Part shown: positions 10,331 through 21,501 of the stretch, piece by piece
How the letters are laid out: each line of letters begins with the position of its first letter
Position numbering within the stretch: the first letter of the stretch is position 1
From: an uncultured Sphingomonadales bacterium
GTDB lineage: Bacteria; Pseudomonadota; Alphaproteobacteria; Sphingomonadales; Sphingomonadaceae
Length of the DNA stretch: 39,499 bases
Assembly (NCBI GenBank): GCA_937863505.1
Contig: CALMGC010000235.1
Span: forward strand, 1-39,499
Direction of reading: 5' to 3'
Program-made: the position numbers and the translations under genes
Notes under the pieces: model-generated
The model's database searches: none
Seen by the model: only the letters and a program-made list of their open reading frames with translations
What the model was told of the DNA's origin: nothing

Positions 10331-10385
10331 CCCGCGCGCTTCACCCGCTGGCGGGGCAGGGCGCAACCCCCTATCTGTTCTCGCG

Positions 10386-10982
10386 ATGGCGTCCCCCGAG
10401 ATCGAAGCGTTGACGCAGGCGCTCGCCCGCCTGCCGGGGCTCGGCCCGCGATCGGCCAGGCGTGCGGTGTTGCACCTGCTCAAGAAGCGCGAGGTGGCGA
10501 TGAAACCGCTTCGCGCCGCGCTGGAGGCGGTGGACGAGCGGCTGGCGACCTGCGCCACCTGCGGCAATGTCGACACGCACGACCCCTGCTCGATCTGCGC
10601 CGACCCGCGCCGCGACGCGCGCGCGCTGTGCGTGGTGGAGGAGGTGGCGGACCTGTGGGCGCTCGACCGCGCGCGGCTGTTCCCCGGTCGGTACCATGTG
10701 CTCGGCGGGCGCTTGTCCGCGCTGGAGGGGGTGCGGCCCGAGGATCTGTCGATCGACCGGCTGCTCGCGCGTGTCGAGGCGGGCGGGGTGGACGAGGTGG
10801 TGCTGGCGATGAACGCGACGCTCGAGGGCCAGACGACCGCCCACTACATCGCCGAGCGGGTCGAGCGGTTTCCGGTTCGCGTGACGCAACTCGCGCACGG
10901 GCTTCCGGTCGGCGGCGAGCTCGACTATCTCGACGAGGGCACGCTCGCGCAGGCGTTGCGGGCGCGGCGTCCGATGGTCTGA
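10386..10982 (+). CDS. recR: Recombination protein RecR
   Basis: [11 protein letters not shown] helix-hairpin-helix, C4 zinc finger CATC...CSIC, YHVLGG and [15 protein letters not shown]. Confidence 0.97.
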   Translation: MASPEIEALTQALARLPGLGPRSARRAVLHLLKKREVAMKPLRAALEAVDERLATCATCGNVDTHDPCSICADPRRDARALCVVEEVADLWALDRARLFPGRYHVLGGRLSALEGVRPEDLSIDRLLARVEAGGVDEVVLAMNATLEGQTTAHYIAERVERFPVRVTQLAHGLPVGGELDYLDEGTLAQALRARRPMV

Positions 10983-10992
10983 GGGGGTTGGA

Positions 10993-11352
10993 ATGGCGGT
11001 CAACGGCATCGGTGGCGTATTCATCCGCGCAAGGGATCCAGAAGCGCTCGCCACTTGGTATCGCGAGCATCTGGGCGTCGGGGCGGGCAACTACGGCAAG
11101 TGGTCACCCGAAGCGGGCCCGAGCGTGTTCACCACCTTCGCGCAGGATAGCGACTATTTCCCCACCGACCGCCAGTTCATGCTCAACTTTCGCGTCACCG
11201 ATCTCGATGCGATGCTCGCGACCTTCGCGGGCAGTGGCATCGCCGTGATCACGAAGCCCGAGTGGAACGCGCCGGGCGTCGGCCGCTTCGCGCGCATCCA
11301 CGATCCCGAGGGCAATCCGATTGAGCTGTGGGAGCCCGACGCCAAGCCTTGA
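10993..11352 (+). CDS. VOC/glyoxalase family protein
   Basis: GIGGVFIR...WYREHLG, NFRVTDLD and DPEGNPIELWE; GAGGGG SD. Confidence 0.9.
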   Translation: MAVNGIGGVFIRARDPEALATWYREHLGVGAGNYGKWSPEAGPSVFTTFAQDSDYFPTDRQFMLNFRVTDLDAMLATFAGSGIAVITKPEWNAPGVGRFARIHDPEGNPIELWEPDAKP

Positions 11353-11383
11353 AGCCTGGCGGCGCTCGCCTTAATCGGCGCGC

Positions 11384-11914
11384 ATGGCCGTTCTCCCCAT
11401 CGTCGAAGTCCCCGACCAGCGTCTGCGCACCCGTTGCCCGCCCGTCGCCGAGATCGACGACGTAACCCGCGCACTCATCGGCGATATGTTCGACTCGATG
11501 TACGACGCGTCCGGCATCGGGCTCGCCGCGCCGCAGGTCGGGGTGATGACGCGCGTGGTCGTGATCGATTTGCAGGAGCGTGAGGCGGAGGAGGGGGCGG
11601 AGCCGGTCCGCAACCCGCGCGCGTTCATCAACCCCGAGCTGGTCGAGGTCAGCGAGGAGCTGTCCACCTATAACGAGGGCTGCCTGTCGATCCCGGACCA
11701 GAATGCGGAGGTGACCCGCCCCGCGCGCTGCCGCGTCCGCTGGCTCGACGAGGCGGGCGGGGCGCAGGAAGCCGAGTTCGACGGGCTGATGTCCACCTGT
11801 ATGCAGCACGAGATCGACCATCTCGACGGCGTTCTGTTCATCGACCGGATCAGCCGGCTGAAGCGCGACATGGTACTGAAGAAGCTTGCCAAGGCGCGCC
11901 GCGCGGCGGCGTAG
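11384..11914 (+). CDS. def: Peptide deformylase
   Basis: GIGLAAPQVG, EGCLS and QHEIDHLDG motifs. Confidence 0.97.
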   Translation: MAVLPIVEVPDQRLRTRCPPVAEIDDVTRALIGDMFDSMYDASGIGLAAPQVGVMTRVVVIDLQEREAEEGAEPVRNPRAFINPELVEVSEELSTYNEGCLSIPDQNAEVTRPARCRVRWLDEAGGAQEAEFDGLMSTCMQHEIDHLDGVLFIDRISRLKRDMVLKKLAKARRAAA

Positions 11915-11936
11915 AACGCGCTGTCCTATCGCAATC

Positions 11937-11951
11937 GTTCGGGCTATGTTC
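11937..11951. promoter_or_regulatory. Putative LexA (SOS) box, alphaproteobacterial GTTC-N7-GTTC
   Basis: gttc-gggctat-gttc in the def-rmuC intergenic region, ~100 nt before the rmuC ATG. Confidence 0.7.
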
Positions 11952-12054
11952 CCTTAATGACTCGCCAGCCCGAGCGTCGCGCCCGCTTCACTGTCGGCAC
12001 CGCACGAGAGGCGTTATTGAGGGGGACGTAGGGTGAATTTAGCGAACTTCCGGC

Positions 12055-13506
12055 ATGGCTGAGCTGATCGTCGCCGCGCTGCTCGCGATCGTCGCGGGGC
12101 TGGTGATCGGGTGGCTGATCGCGAGTCGTCGCGCGGGTGCGCTGGCGAGCGATCTTGCGGTCGCGCGGACCAGGGTCGCCGATGCCGACCTCGTCCGCCA
12201 GGCGCGCGACGCGGTCGAGCGCGAGCGCAACGAGGCCATGCAGCAACTCGCCGCGTTGCGCGCGCAAGGGACCGCGCAGGCGGACGCGCACCGCGCCGCG
12301 CTGGAGCAGCTCGCCCGCGCGCGCGACCTGATCGAGGCGACGGACGCCGACCGCCAGACCGCGCAACGCGAGCTCGCCGCGCTTCGTTCACAGGCAGCGG
12401 CGCGCGAGGAGGCGCATCGGCTATCGACCGAACAGATGCAGTCGCGCTTCGACGCGGTCGCGACCAGGGCGCTGGAGACCGCGCAGACGCAGTTCCTCGA
12501 ACGCGCGCACCAGCGCTTTACCGAGTCCGAAGCGTTGCAAGGGCAGAAGCTGTCCGCGCTGCTCCAGCCGGTCAACGACCGCCTGCAGCGTTATGAGGAG
12601 GGGGTCGCCAGCGTCGAGCGCGAGCGCCGCGACGCGTTCGGCGACCTCAAAGGTCAGATCGAGCAGATGCGCCTTGGCCAGGAGCGCGTGTCGGGCGAGG
12701 CGGCGAAGCTCGTCAACGCGCTCCGCAACGCCCCCAAGGCGCGCGGCCGCTGGGGGGAGCAACAGCTCAAGAACGTGCTCGAGTCGTGCGGCCTGTCCGA
12801 ACATGCCGACTTCCAGACGGAGGTCAGCGTCGCGGACGGGGAAGGCGGACGCCTGCGTCCCGATGCGATCGTGCGCGTGCCGGGCGGCAAGGCGCTGGTG
12901 ATCGACGCCAAGGTCTCGCTCAATGCCTATCAGGACGCGTTCGGCGCGGTGGACGAGACCGAGCGGCTGGTGGGCTTGCGCGCGCACGCCGATTCGATGC
13001 GCGCGCACGTCAACGGGCTCGGCAACAAGAGCTACTGGAACCAGTTCGCCGACGCGCCGGATTACGTCATCATGTTCGTGCCGGGCGAGCATTTCCTGTC
13101 CGCCGCGCTGGAGCACGACCCGACGCTGTGGGACTTCGCGTTCGACAAGCGCGTACTGCTCGCGACGCCGACCAACCTCATCGCCATTGCCCGCACGGTC
13201 GCGGCGGTGTGGCGGCAGGAAAAGCTGGCGGGCGAGGCGAGGGCGATCGCCGAGCTCGGCAAGGAGCTGTACGCACGGTTGTGCGTGATGGGTGGCCACG
13301 TCTCCAAACTGGGCAAGAACCTCGACACCGCGATCGGCGCGTACAACGCTTTTGTCGGCAGCATGGACAGCAGTGTGCTGACGAGCGCCAAGCGCTTTGA
13401 GGCGCTCAACATCGACACCGGCCCGAAGCTGATCGAGACGCCCCCGATCATCGAACAAAGCGCGCGATCGTCGGTTAAACTACCTATGCTGGACGCGGCG
13501 GAGTAG
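12055..13506 (+). CDS. rmuC: DNA recombination protein RmuC
   Basis: N-terminal TM, coiled coil, RGRWGEQQL, RPDAIV...VIDAKVSL, MFVPGE and TPTNLIA. Confidence 0.95.
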   Translation: MAELIVAALLAIVAGLVIGWLIASRRAGALASDLAVARTRVADADLVRQARDAVERERNEAMQQLAALRAQGTAQADAHRAALEQLARARDLIEATDADRQTAQRELAALRSQAAAREEAHRLSTEQMQSRFDAVATRALETAQTQFLERAHQRFTESEALQGQKLSALLQPVNDRLQRYEEGVASVERERRDAFGDLKGQIEQMRLGQERVSGEAAKLVNALRNAPKARGRWGEQQLKNVLESCGLSEHADFQTEVSVADGEGGRLRPDAIVRVPGGKALVIDAKVSLNAYQDAFGAVDETERLVGLRAHADSMRAHVNGLGNKSYWNQFADAPDYVIMFVPGEHFLSAALEHDPTLWDFAFDKRVLLATPTNLIAIARTVAAVWRQEKLAGEARAIAELGKELYARLCVMGGHVSKLGKNLDTAIGAYNAFVGSMDSSVLTSAKRFEALNIDTGPKLIETPPIIEQSARSSVKLPMLDAAE

Positions 13507-13510
13507 GGCT

Positions 13511-13741
13511 ATGCGGGGTATGTTTCAGGGCACGACCACGGTCGACCGGGATGGTGACTGGCGCGGCATGGTGGATGGCGATCTCGTGATCAGCGCCGGT
13601 CGGCATGTGCGGGTCCGGGGCATGGTCAACGGCGATGTCATCGTCGGGCCCGGCGCCGAGGCGGTCATCACCGGAATGGTCAACGGCAAGGTGATCGAGA
13701 ACGGTGGCCACGCGCGTGTGACCGGGATGGTGACAGGCTAA
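13511..13741 (+). CDS. Small beta-helix repeat protein (bactofilin/polymer-forming-like)
   Basis: Five GM[VF]xG motifs spaced 16-18 aa; fills the gap between rmuC and the convergent ureohydrolase. Confidence 0.7.
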   Translation: MRGMFQGTTTVDRDGDWRGMVDGDLVISAGRHVRVRGMVNGDVIVGPGAEAVITGMVNGKVIENGGHARVTGMVTG

Positions 13742-14670
13742 ACGCCCCGCATCAGCCCCAATCCCACCGCGGCCAGCCGCGCCGCCGTGAGCGCGCACAA
13801 GCGGTGTGGGTCATCGCGCTCCGGGACGTACTCGGCGAGGATAAGGCCGACGATACTCCCGTGTTGGGCGAGGCCGTGGAGCAGGTCGAGGCAGTCCCCG
13901 TAGTTGAGCCCGCCCGGGGTCGGCATCGCCACCGCCGGAAACACCGCCGGGTCGATCCCGTCGCAGTCGATCGACACGACGTAGCGCTCGCCGACCGGGC
14001 GCTCTGCCAGCACCGCCTCGACACCCCGCGTTCGCCACTCGCGCGCGGTGACGATCCGGTCGCCCCAGGCGCGCGCGTCGTCGTGCTGCCACGCCTCGCC
14101 GCTGCCCAGGCCTCGGATGCCGACCTGTAGCATCCCGGTCACCCACGGCATCTCGCTCGCGCGGCGCATCGGCGAGCCATAGCCGTTCGCCTCGCCCCGG
14201 ATCACGTCGCCCCAATCGACATGCGCGTCGATCTGCACGACCGTCACCGGTCCGAACCCGTCATACCCCGCCAGCACCGGGATCGGCACCGAATCATCGC
14301 CGCCCAGCACCAGCGGGAACGCGCCAGCTGCCAGCACCCGCTCCACCGCGCTCGCGATCCGGTCACGGTTGCCCGCCGCATCGCCGGGGCGGGTGCGGAC
14401 ATCGCCGATGTCGACGCCGAGCCAGTCCGCCTTGCGCTCGCCGGTCAGTAACGTGCGACCGAGGTCGAAGTCATGCTGCTTCAACTGACCCGCGAACAGC
14501 TTCGACGCCGCCCGGATCGCGCCGGGGGCGAGTGCCGAATGGCTCGCCTCCGCCGGGTCGTACGGCGTCGCCTCCGCCGCGCCGAGCACGCACACCTGCC
14601 CCGGCTGGAGGTCGTCGATCATCCCGATCGGCAGGCCCATGAAGGTCGGGTATTCGAAGCCATGCGGCAT
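13738..14670 (-). CDS. Arginase/agmatinase (ureohydrolase) family protein
   Basis: LGGDDS, IDAHVD, QVGIRG and SIDCDGIDP...PGGL motifs. Confidence 0.92.
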   Translation of the reverse strand: MPHGFEYPTFMGLPIGMIDDLQPGQVCVLGAAEATPYDPAEASHSALAPGAIRAASKLFAGQLKQHDFDLGRTLLTGERKADWLGVDIGDVRTRPGDAAGNRDRIASAVERVLAAGAFPLVLGGDDSVPIPVLAGYDGFGPVTVVQIDAHVDWGDVIRGEANGYGSPMRRASEMPWVTGMLQVGIRGLGSGEAWQHDDARAWGDRIVTAREWRTRGVEAVLAERPVGERYVVSIDCDGIDPAVFPAVAMPTPGGLNYGDCLDLLHGLAQHGSIVGLILAEYVPERDDPHRLCALTAARLAAVGLGLMRGV

Positions 14671-14676
14671 GGCGCG

Positions 14677-15504
14677 CTAACCCCCGGTGCCGGGCGCGGG
14701 TTGCGAGGCCCGCTGCTGCGCGAGCACCTCATACGCCATCACCGCGGTCGCGACCGCGGCGTTGAGGCTGTCCGCGCGACCCAGCATCGGCAACTTGACG
14801 AGGCTGTCGCAGGCGGCGGCATAGTCGGCAGGTATCCCCTGCGCCTCGTTACCGGTGAGAAGAAAGGTTGGCGCAGAGTAGGCGGTCGCGCGGTAGTCAG
14901 TGTCGGTGTCGAGGCTCAGCCCCACCAACTTCCCCGGCCCCCCACGTAGCCAGGCGAGGAACTCGGCCCATTCCGCCCTCACCACCGGGACGGTGAACAG
15001 CGCCCCCATGCTGGCCCGCACCGCCTCGACCGAGAACGGGTCGACGCACTCTCCGATCAGTATCAGCGCTCCCGCCGCCACCGCGTCACCCGTACGCAGG
15101 ATTGTGCCGAGATTGCCCGGATCACGCAGCCGCTCCGCCACGAGCCAAATGCCAGCGCTTGACCGATCGAGCGCGGCGAGCGGCGTCGTCCATTCCTCGT
15201 GGACGCCGAGCACCGTCTGCGGGTTGTCCTTGCCCGACAGCTTGGAGAGGATGTCGGGCGTTGTCTCGATCGCGTCGCCGCCACCCGCTTCGACCGCGTC
15301 GACCAACGCGTGGACGAGCGGGTGCGCGGCGCTGGCGGCGGCGAAGAACAGTATGCGTGGCACCCGCCCGGTCTCCAGCGCCTCGGTCAGGATGCGCAGG
15401 CCCTCGGCGAGGAACAAGCCCTGCTCCCGCCGCCCGCGCTTGTCGCGCAGGTCGCGGGTCTGCTTGACGAGCGGGTTGGAGAAGGCGGTGATGACGCGAG
15501 GAAT
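14677..15504 (-). CDS. TrmH/SpoU family RNA 2'-O-methyltransferase (apparent ATT start)
   Basis: RDPGNLGTILRT, GNEAQG and MLGRADSLNAAVA. Family-like N-terminus ITAFSNPLVK...FLAEG extends 29 codons upstream of the ORF-track start to an ATT at 15504 preceded by GGAGG. Confidence 0.9.
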   Translation of the reverse strand: MPRVITAFSNPLVKQTRDLRDKRGRREQGLFLAEGLRILTEALETGRVPRILFFAAASAAHPLVHALVDAVEAGGGDAIETTPDILSKLSGKDNPQTVLGVHEEWTTPLAALDRSSAGIWLVAERLRDPGNLGTILRTGDAVAAGALILIGECVDPFSVEAVRASMGALFTVPVVRAEWAEFLAWLRGGPGKLVGLSLDTDTDYRATAYSAPTFLLTGNEAQGIPADYAAACDSLVKLPMLGRADSLNAAVATAVMAYEVLAQQRASQPAPGTGG

Positions 15505-15777
15505 CTAGTCCTCCCCGAACTTGTCCTCGACCAGCGCGCAGGCCGCGTCGACTGCCGCCTCCGCCCCGTCGCCCTCCGCGCTGATCACCACCGTGTCGCC
15601 GATCGCCGCGCCCAGCATCATCAGCCCCATGATCGACGTACCGGTGACGGACGCGCCGTCCTTTTCCACCCGGACCTCGACCGGCAACGTCGCCGCGAGC
15701 GTGACGAACTTGGCGGAAGCGCGGGCATGAAGGCCGCGGCGGTTGGCGATCACTACCTCGCGCGCGACCCGCGTCAC
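15505..15777 (-). CDS. HPr/NPr family phosphocarrier protein
   Basis: NRRGLHARAS (phospho-His) and SIMGLMMLGA (regulatory Ser); GTG overlaps the EIIA stop. Confidence 0.95.
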   Translation of the reverse strand: MTRVAREVVIANRRGLHARASAKFVTLAATLPVEVRVEKDGASVTGTSIMGLMMLGAAIGDTVVISAEGDGAEAAVDAACALVEDKFGED

Positions 15778-16181
15778 GCCGCCGCCTCGCCCAGCACCTC
15801 GGAGGCGACGGAGATGTATTTGCGCCCGGCCTCCCGCGCGGCGGCGACCGCGGCGGCGACGCCCATCACCTTGCGCGCGGACTCGAGCCGGATCAGCATG
15901 GGGAGGTTGACGCCCGCGATCACCTCGACCCGCCCGCGCTCGAGCAGCGAGATCGCAAGGTTGGACGGCGTGCCCCCGAACAGGTCGGTGAGCAGGATCG
16001 CACCGCGTCCGGTGTCGACTTCGGCGATCGCGGCGGCGATGTCGGCCCGGCGCGCCTCCATGTCGTCCTCCGGCCCGATCGCGACCGCGCGGACGCCCGC
16101 CTGCGGGCCGACCACATGCTCCATCGCGCGGACGAACTCTTCGGCGAGCCGGCCGTGCGTCACCAGCACCAGCCCGATCAT
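15774..16181 (-). CDS. PTS EIIA component, mannose/fructose family
   Basis: MIGLVLVTHG, LTDLFGGTPSN and GVNLPML motifs. Confidence 0.95.
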   Translation of the reverse strand: MIGLVLVTHGRLAEEFVRAMEHVVGPQAGVRAVAIGPEDDMEARRADIAAAIAEVDTGRGAILLTDLFGGTPSNLAISLLERGRVEVIAGVNLPMLIRLESARKVMGVAAAVAAAREAGRKYISVASEVLGEAAA

Positions 16182-16191
16182 TCGTGTTCAC

Positions 16192-17106
16192 TCATGGCCG
16201 AACCGGCGCACCTTCCAACGAGTCCTGCGGCGCGGCCCCGAGGTCGCGATGCACGACCGTGGGCGAAAAGCCGCGATCTTGCAACCATCGCCCGAGCCGA
16301 TCGGCGACATGGACCGATCGGTGCCGCCCGCCGGTGCAGCCGATCGCGACGGTGATGTACGCCTTGCCCTCCGCCCGATAGCGCGGGACCAGCAGCGCGA
16401 GCAGTTCCTCGATGCGCCCGATCGCCTCCGGGTATGCAATGTCGTCCGCGACATAGGCGGCGACCTCCGCGTCCAGTCCCGTTCCGGGACGCAGCTCCGG
16501 CACCCAATGCGGGTTTCGGAGGAAGCGCATGTCGAACACCAGGTCCGCGTCGAGCGGCAGCCCGCGCGAGAAGCCGAACGACATTACCCGCAGCGTCGGC
16601 TCGCTCACCCCCTCGCGCGCGAAGCTCTCGCGGATGCGGCGGGCGAGGGTGTGCGAGGACAGCGCGGTGGTGTCGACCAGCCGGTTGGCCCAGCGGCGCA
16701 AGAGGGCGAGCAGCTCGCGTTCGTGCGCGATGCCGTCGCGCGCCGGACGATCGAGCGCGAGCGGGTGGCGGCGGCGCGTCTCGGCATAACGCCGCTCGAG
16801 CTCCGCGCCCGCGCAGTCGAGGAACAACATGCCGACGTCGTGGCCCTGCTCCGCGCGGAGCGCCTCAGCGCGCGCGATGATCCGCTCGGGCGCGAAGTCG
16901 CGAGTTCGCGCGCCGAAGCCGACCGCGAGCGGTCGCGGCTCGCCCGCGCCGACCGGCTCGGGCGCGGCGAGCAGCCGGTCGAGCAAGGGGAGGGGGAGGT
17001 TGTCGACCGTCTCCCAGCCGAGGTCCTCCAGCGTCTTGAGCACCGTCGACTTGCCCGCGCCGGACATGCCGGTGACGAGCAGTATCTCCTGCGGGCCGGT
17101 GCTCAT
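16192..17106 (-). CDS. rapZ: RNase adapter RapZ (YhbJ) family P-loop protein
   Basis: TGMSGAGKS, DNLP, TRRRHPL, SFGF, DMRFLRNP and GCTGGRHRSV motifs. Confidence 0.95.
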   Translation of the reverse strand: MSTGPQEILLVTGMSGAGKSTVLKTLEDLGWETVDNLPLPLLDRLLAAPEPVGAGEPRPLAVGFGARTRDFAPERIIARAEALRAEQGHDVGMLFLDCAGAELERRYAETRRRHPLALDRPARDGIAHERELLALLRRWANRLVDTTALSSHTLARRIRESFAREGVSEPTLRVMSFGFSRGLPLDADLVFDMRFLRNPHWVPELRPGTGLDAEVAAYVADDIAYPEAIGRIEELLALLVPRYRAEGKAYITVAIGCTGGRHRSVHVADRLGRWLQDRGFSPTVVHRDLGAAPQDSLEGAPVRP

Positions 17107-17522
17107 GCTACGAGCAGCCCGAGCATCCCGAGCATCCGCTCGACCTTGATCGGGGCGGAGGCCTCCAGCGCCGCCACCGTCATTGCGGCGATGCGATGTC
17201 CCTCGATCACACGCTCTTCGCCCGCGTCGGGCATACGCTCGGGCGTGCTGATCCGGACCGCCAGCGCGACCTCCGCTCTTTCCATATAAGGGACGGTCAC
17301 GATGCCCACTCCACGCACCTCCAACAGCCCGGCGATCGTGGCGGGCGCATACGCATACAGGCCATCGGGCGCCGCATTAATCTGAGTCTGGTCGTCCGCG
17401 ATCAGCACAGCGCCGCGGTCGATCAGTCGCAGCGCTAGATCGGACTTGCCCGATCCCGAAGGTCCCTCGATCAACACCGCCCAACCCCCGATCGCGACGC
17501 TGGTTGCGTGGAGCAGCGTCAC
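17103..17522 (-). CDS. hprK: HPr kinase/phosphorylase (short alphaproteobacterial form)
   Basis: LHATSV, GPSGSGKSDLALRL, ADD and GLLEVRGVGI; located between chvG and rapZ. Confidence 0.9.
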   Translation of the reverse strand: MTLLHATSVAIGGWAVLIEGPSGSGKSDLALRLIDRGAVLIADDQTQINAAPDGLYAYAPATIAGLLEVRGVGIVTVPYMERAEVALAVRISTPERMPDAGEERVIEGHRIAAMTVAALEASAPIKVERMLGMLGLLVA

Positions 17523-19099
17523 GCGGCACGCGCCAGCGGCAGTCGGACGACGAAGCGCGCGCCGCTCAGCCGGTCCTCGCGCGCTTCGGCGGTGATCGCG
17601 CCGCCATGCCCGTCGACGATGGTGCGCGCGATCGCGAGCCCAAGTCCGGAATGCCGGCCGAACGCCTCGTCCGAAGGGCGGATCGATTGGAAGCGGCGGA
17701 ACACCGCTTCGCGTTCCGCCTCGGGGACGCCCGGACCTTCGTCCTCGACCCGCACCTCCACGTCGCCATCCTCGTCGCGCGCCGCCACGCTGATCAGCCC
17801 ACCGTCGGGGGAAAAGGAGAGCGCGTTGTCGACGAGGTTCTCGAACACCTGCTCCAATCGTGCGCCCTCGCCCGCGACCACCAGCGGCTCCGACGCCCGC
17901 CGATCGTAGCGCAGCCGCACCCCGCGCGCGAGCCCGCGCGTCATCCGCTGGTCGACAAGGCCGACGAGCAACGCGTCGAGGTCGACCGGCTCGAACTTCG
18001 CACGGCTCAGCTGCGCATCAAGCCGTGACGCTTCGGAGATGTCGGTGATCAACCGGTCGAGCCGGTGAATGTCCTCGCGCACGATGGCGAGCAGCTTGTT
18101 CTGCAGCGCGGGGTCGTTGATCGTCGACAGCCCATCAACCGCCGACCGGAGCGAGGCGAGCGGATTCTTGAGTTCGTGCGTGACATCGGCGGCGAACGCC
18201 TCGGTCGCGTCGATTCGCGCGCGCAAGGCGAGGCTCATGTCCGACAACGCGCGCGCGAGGCTGCCGATCTCGTCGCGCCGGTCGGGCAGGCGCGGCACCA
18301 CCACCTCCCGCGCGCGCCCGAGCCGTACGCGTACCGCCGCCCGCGCGAGCCGCCGCAGCGGACCGACGATCGTGCGCGCAAGAAACAACGACAGCAGGAT
18401 CGAGACCAGCGTCACGACCAGCAGCACCACGCCCAGCCGAAACCGCTCGGCGCGGATGCGGTATACGATATCGCGGTCGTTGATCGCGGTCATCGCGACC
18501 GATCCGTCGGGCAGGGTCGCGGCAGCGGTGATCACGGGCGAACGGTCGGGGGCGCGCCACACGCTGGCGGCGGGGTGCCGCGTGGCAAGCGCGCGCGAAA
18601 CGGTGGGCCAGTCGCGACCGCTCGCCCGCTCGCGATAGGCGGGCAGGCGGCGCGCACCCGCGATCCACTCGATGCTGGCGTCGAGGAAGCGCCCGAACGC
18701 CTCGCTTCGCCCGCGCTTGGTAGGGTCCAGCAGGACGAAGTTGACGACCCCTGATCGCTCGCTGTCGAGCACGGGCGTACCCGACGGCGAGAACAGCCGC
18801 ACGCGCGTGCCCGTGTCGCGCGCCAGCCGTTCGACCAAGGCCGCGCGTCCACCTGCGGGCGTTCCGGCGATCGCCTCTGCGATCAGTCCCACCTCGCGCG
18901 CGGCCTGGTCGGTGCGGTAATCGACAATCCGCGCCCGGTATGAGTCGAGATAGAAGAACCCGCCCGCGAGCAGCAGCAGCGCGAAGATGTTGACCGCGAG
19001 AATGCGCCGGGTGAGCGAGATATGTCCCGACCAGCGCAGCGCGAGGTCGCCGCCCTCGCGGAAGCGGCTACTCCTCGGAAAATCGGTAGCCGGCACCAT
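17519..19099 (-). CDS. chvG: Sensor histidine kinase ChvG/ExoS family
   Basis: [38 protein letters not shown] and GLGLAIA; overlaps the chvI 3' end. Confidence 0.92.
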   Translation of the reverse strand: MVPATDFPRSSRFREGGDLALRWSGHISLTRRILAVNIFALLLLAGGFFYLDSYRARIVDYRTDQAAREVGLIAEAIAGTPAGGRAALVERLARDTGTRVRLFSPSGTPVLDSERSGVVNFVLLDPTKRGRSEAFGRFLDASIEWIAGARRLPAYRERASGRDWPTVSRALATRHPAASVWRAPDRSPVITAAATLPDGSVAMTAINDRDIVYRIRAERFRLGVVLLVVTLVSILLSLFLARTIVGPLRRLARAAVRVRLGRAREVVVPRLPDRRDEIGSLARALSDMSLALRARIDATEAFAADVTHELKNPLASLRSAVDGLSTINDPALQNKLLAIVREDIHRLDRLITDISEASRLDAQLSRAKFEPVDLDALLVGLVDQRMTRGLARGVRLRYDRRASEPLVVAGEGARLEQVFENLVDNALSFSPDGGLISVAARDEDGDVEVRVEDEGPGVPEAEREAVFRRFQSIRPSDEAFGRHSGLGLAIARTIVDGHGGAITAEAREDRLSGARFVVRLPLARAA

Positions 19100-19775
19100 A
19101 AAGCGTCTCGATCGCGTCGAACTCGGGGTCCACCGCGCGAAACTTGCGGCGGACGCGCTTGATATGGCTGTCGATGGTGCGGTCGTCGACATAGATGTCG
19201 TCCTGATAGGCCGCGTCCATCAGTTGATTGCGCGTCTTGACGATACCGGGTCGCTGCGCGAGCGTTTCGAGGATCATGAACTCGGTGACGGTCAGCGTCA
19301 CCGGTTCGCTGCCCCAGGTCACACGGTGCCGGGCCGGGTCCATGCCGAGCCGCCCGCGCGTCAGCGCGCCCGCCGCCACCTCCGACTCGCCGGGCGCGCT
19401 CGCCTCGCGCGCTTCCGTGCGTCGGAGGATGGCGCGGATGCGCGCGATCAGCAGCCGCTGGCTGAACGGCTTGGCGATGTAGTCGTCCGCGCCCATCGCG
19501 AGGCCGAGCGCCTCGTCGAGCTCGTCGTCCTTGCTGGTGAGGAAGATGACGGGCGTCGGCTGCCGCTCGCGGAACCGGCGGAGCAGCTCCAGCCCGTCCA
19601 TCCGCGGCATCTTGACGTCAAAGATCGCGAGATCGGGCGGGTTATCGACCAGTGCTTTCAGCGCCGACTCGCCGTCGCCGTACACGCGCGTCAGGAACCC
19701 CTCGGCTTGGAGCGCGATCGACACGGAGGTCAGGATGTTGCGGTCGTCGTCAACGAGCGCGATGGTGGCCGTCAT
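19068..19775 (-). CDS. chvI: OmpR-family response regulator ChvI
   Basis: [42 protein letters not shown] and [10 protein letters not shown]. Confidence 0.95.
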   Translation of the reverse strand: MTATIALVDDDRNILTSVSIALQAEGFLTRVYGDGESALKALVDNPPDLAIFDVKMPRMDGLELLRRFRERQPTPVIFLTSKDDELDEALGLAMGADDYIAKPFSQRLLIARIRAILRRTEAREASAPGESEVAAGALTRGRLGMDPARHRVTWGSEPVTLTVTEFMILETLAQRPGIVKTRNQLMDAAYQDDIYVDDRTIDSHIKRVRRKFRAVDPEFDAIETLYGAGYRFSEE

Positions 19776-19855
19776 CGGTGGGCGCGGTCCTGCATGGCAG
19801 CGGATTAGGCCAAGTCACCCACCCGCTCAACCGGGCGTCACCGGTTCAGCCCTAG

Positions 19856-21497
<1,642 letters not shown>

Positions 21498-21501
<4 letters not shown>

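Noticed and set aside
11914-11940. EcfG/SigT-like GAAC...CGTT promoter
   Set aside because: Lacks the GGAAC consensus and the spacing (18) is off; the LexA box explains the site better.
11957-12031. 24-aa ORF MTRQPERRARFTVGTAREALLRGT between the LexA box and rmuC
   Set aside because: No clear SD and no recognisable features; cannot be supported without conservation data.
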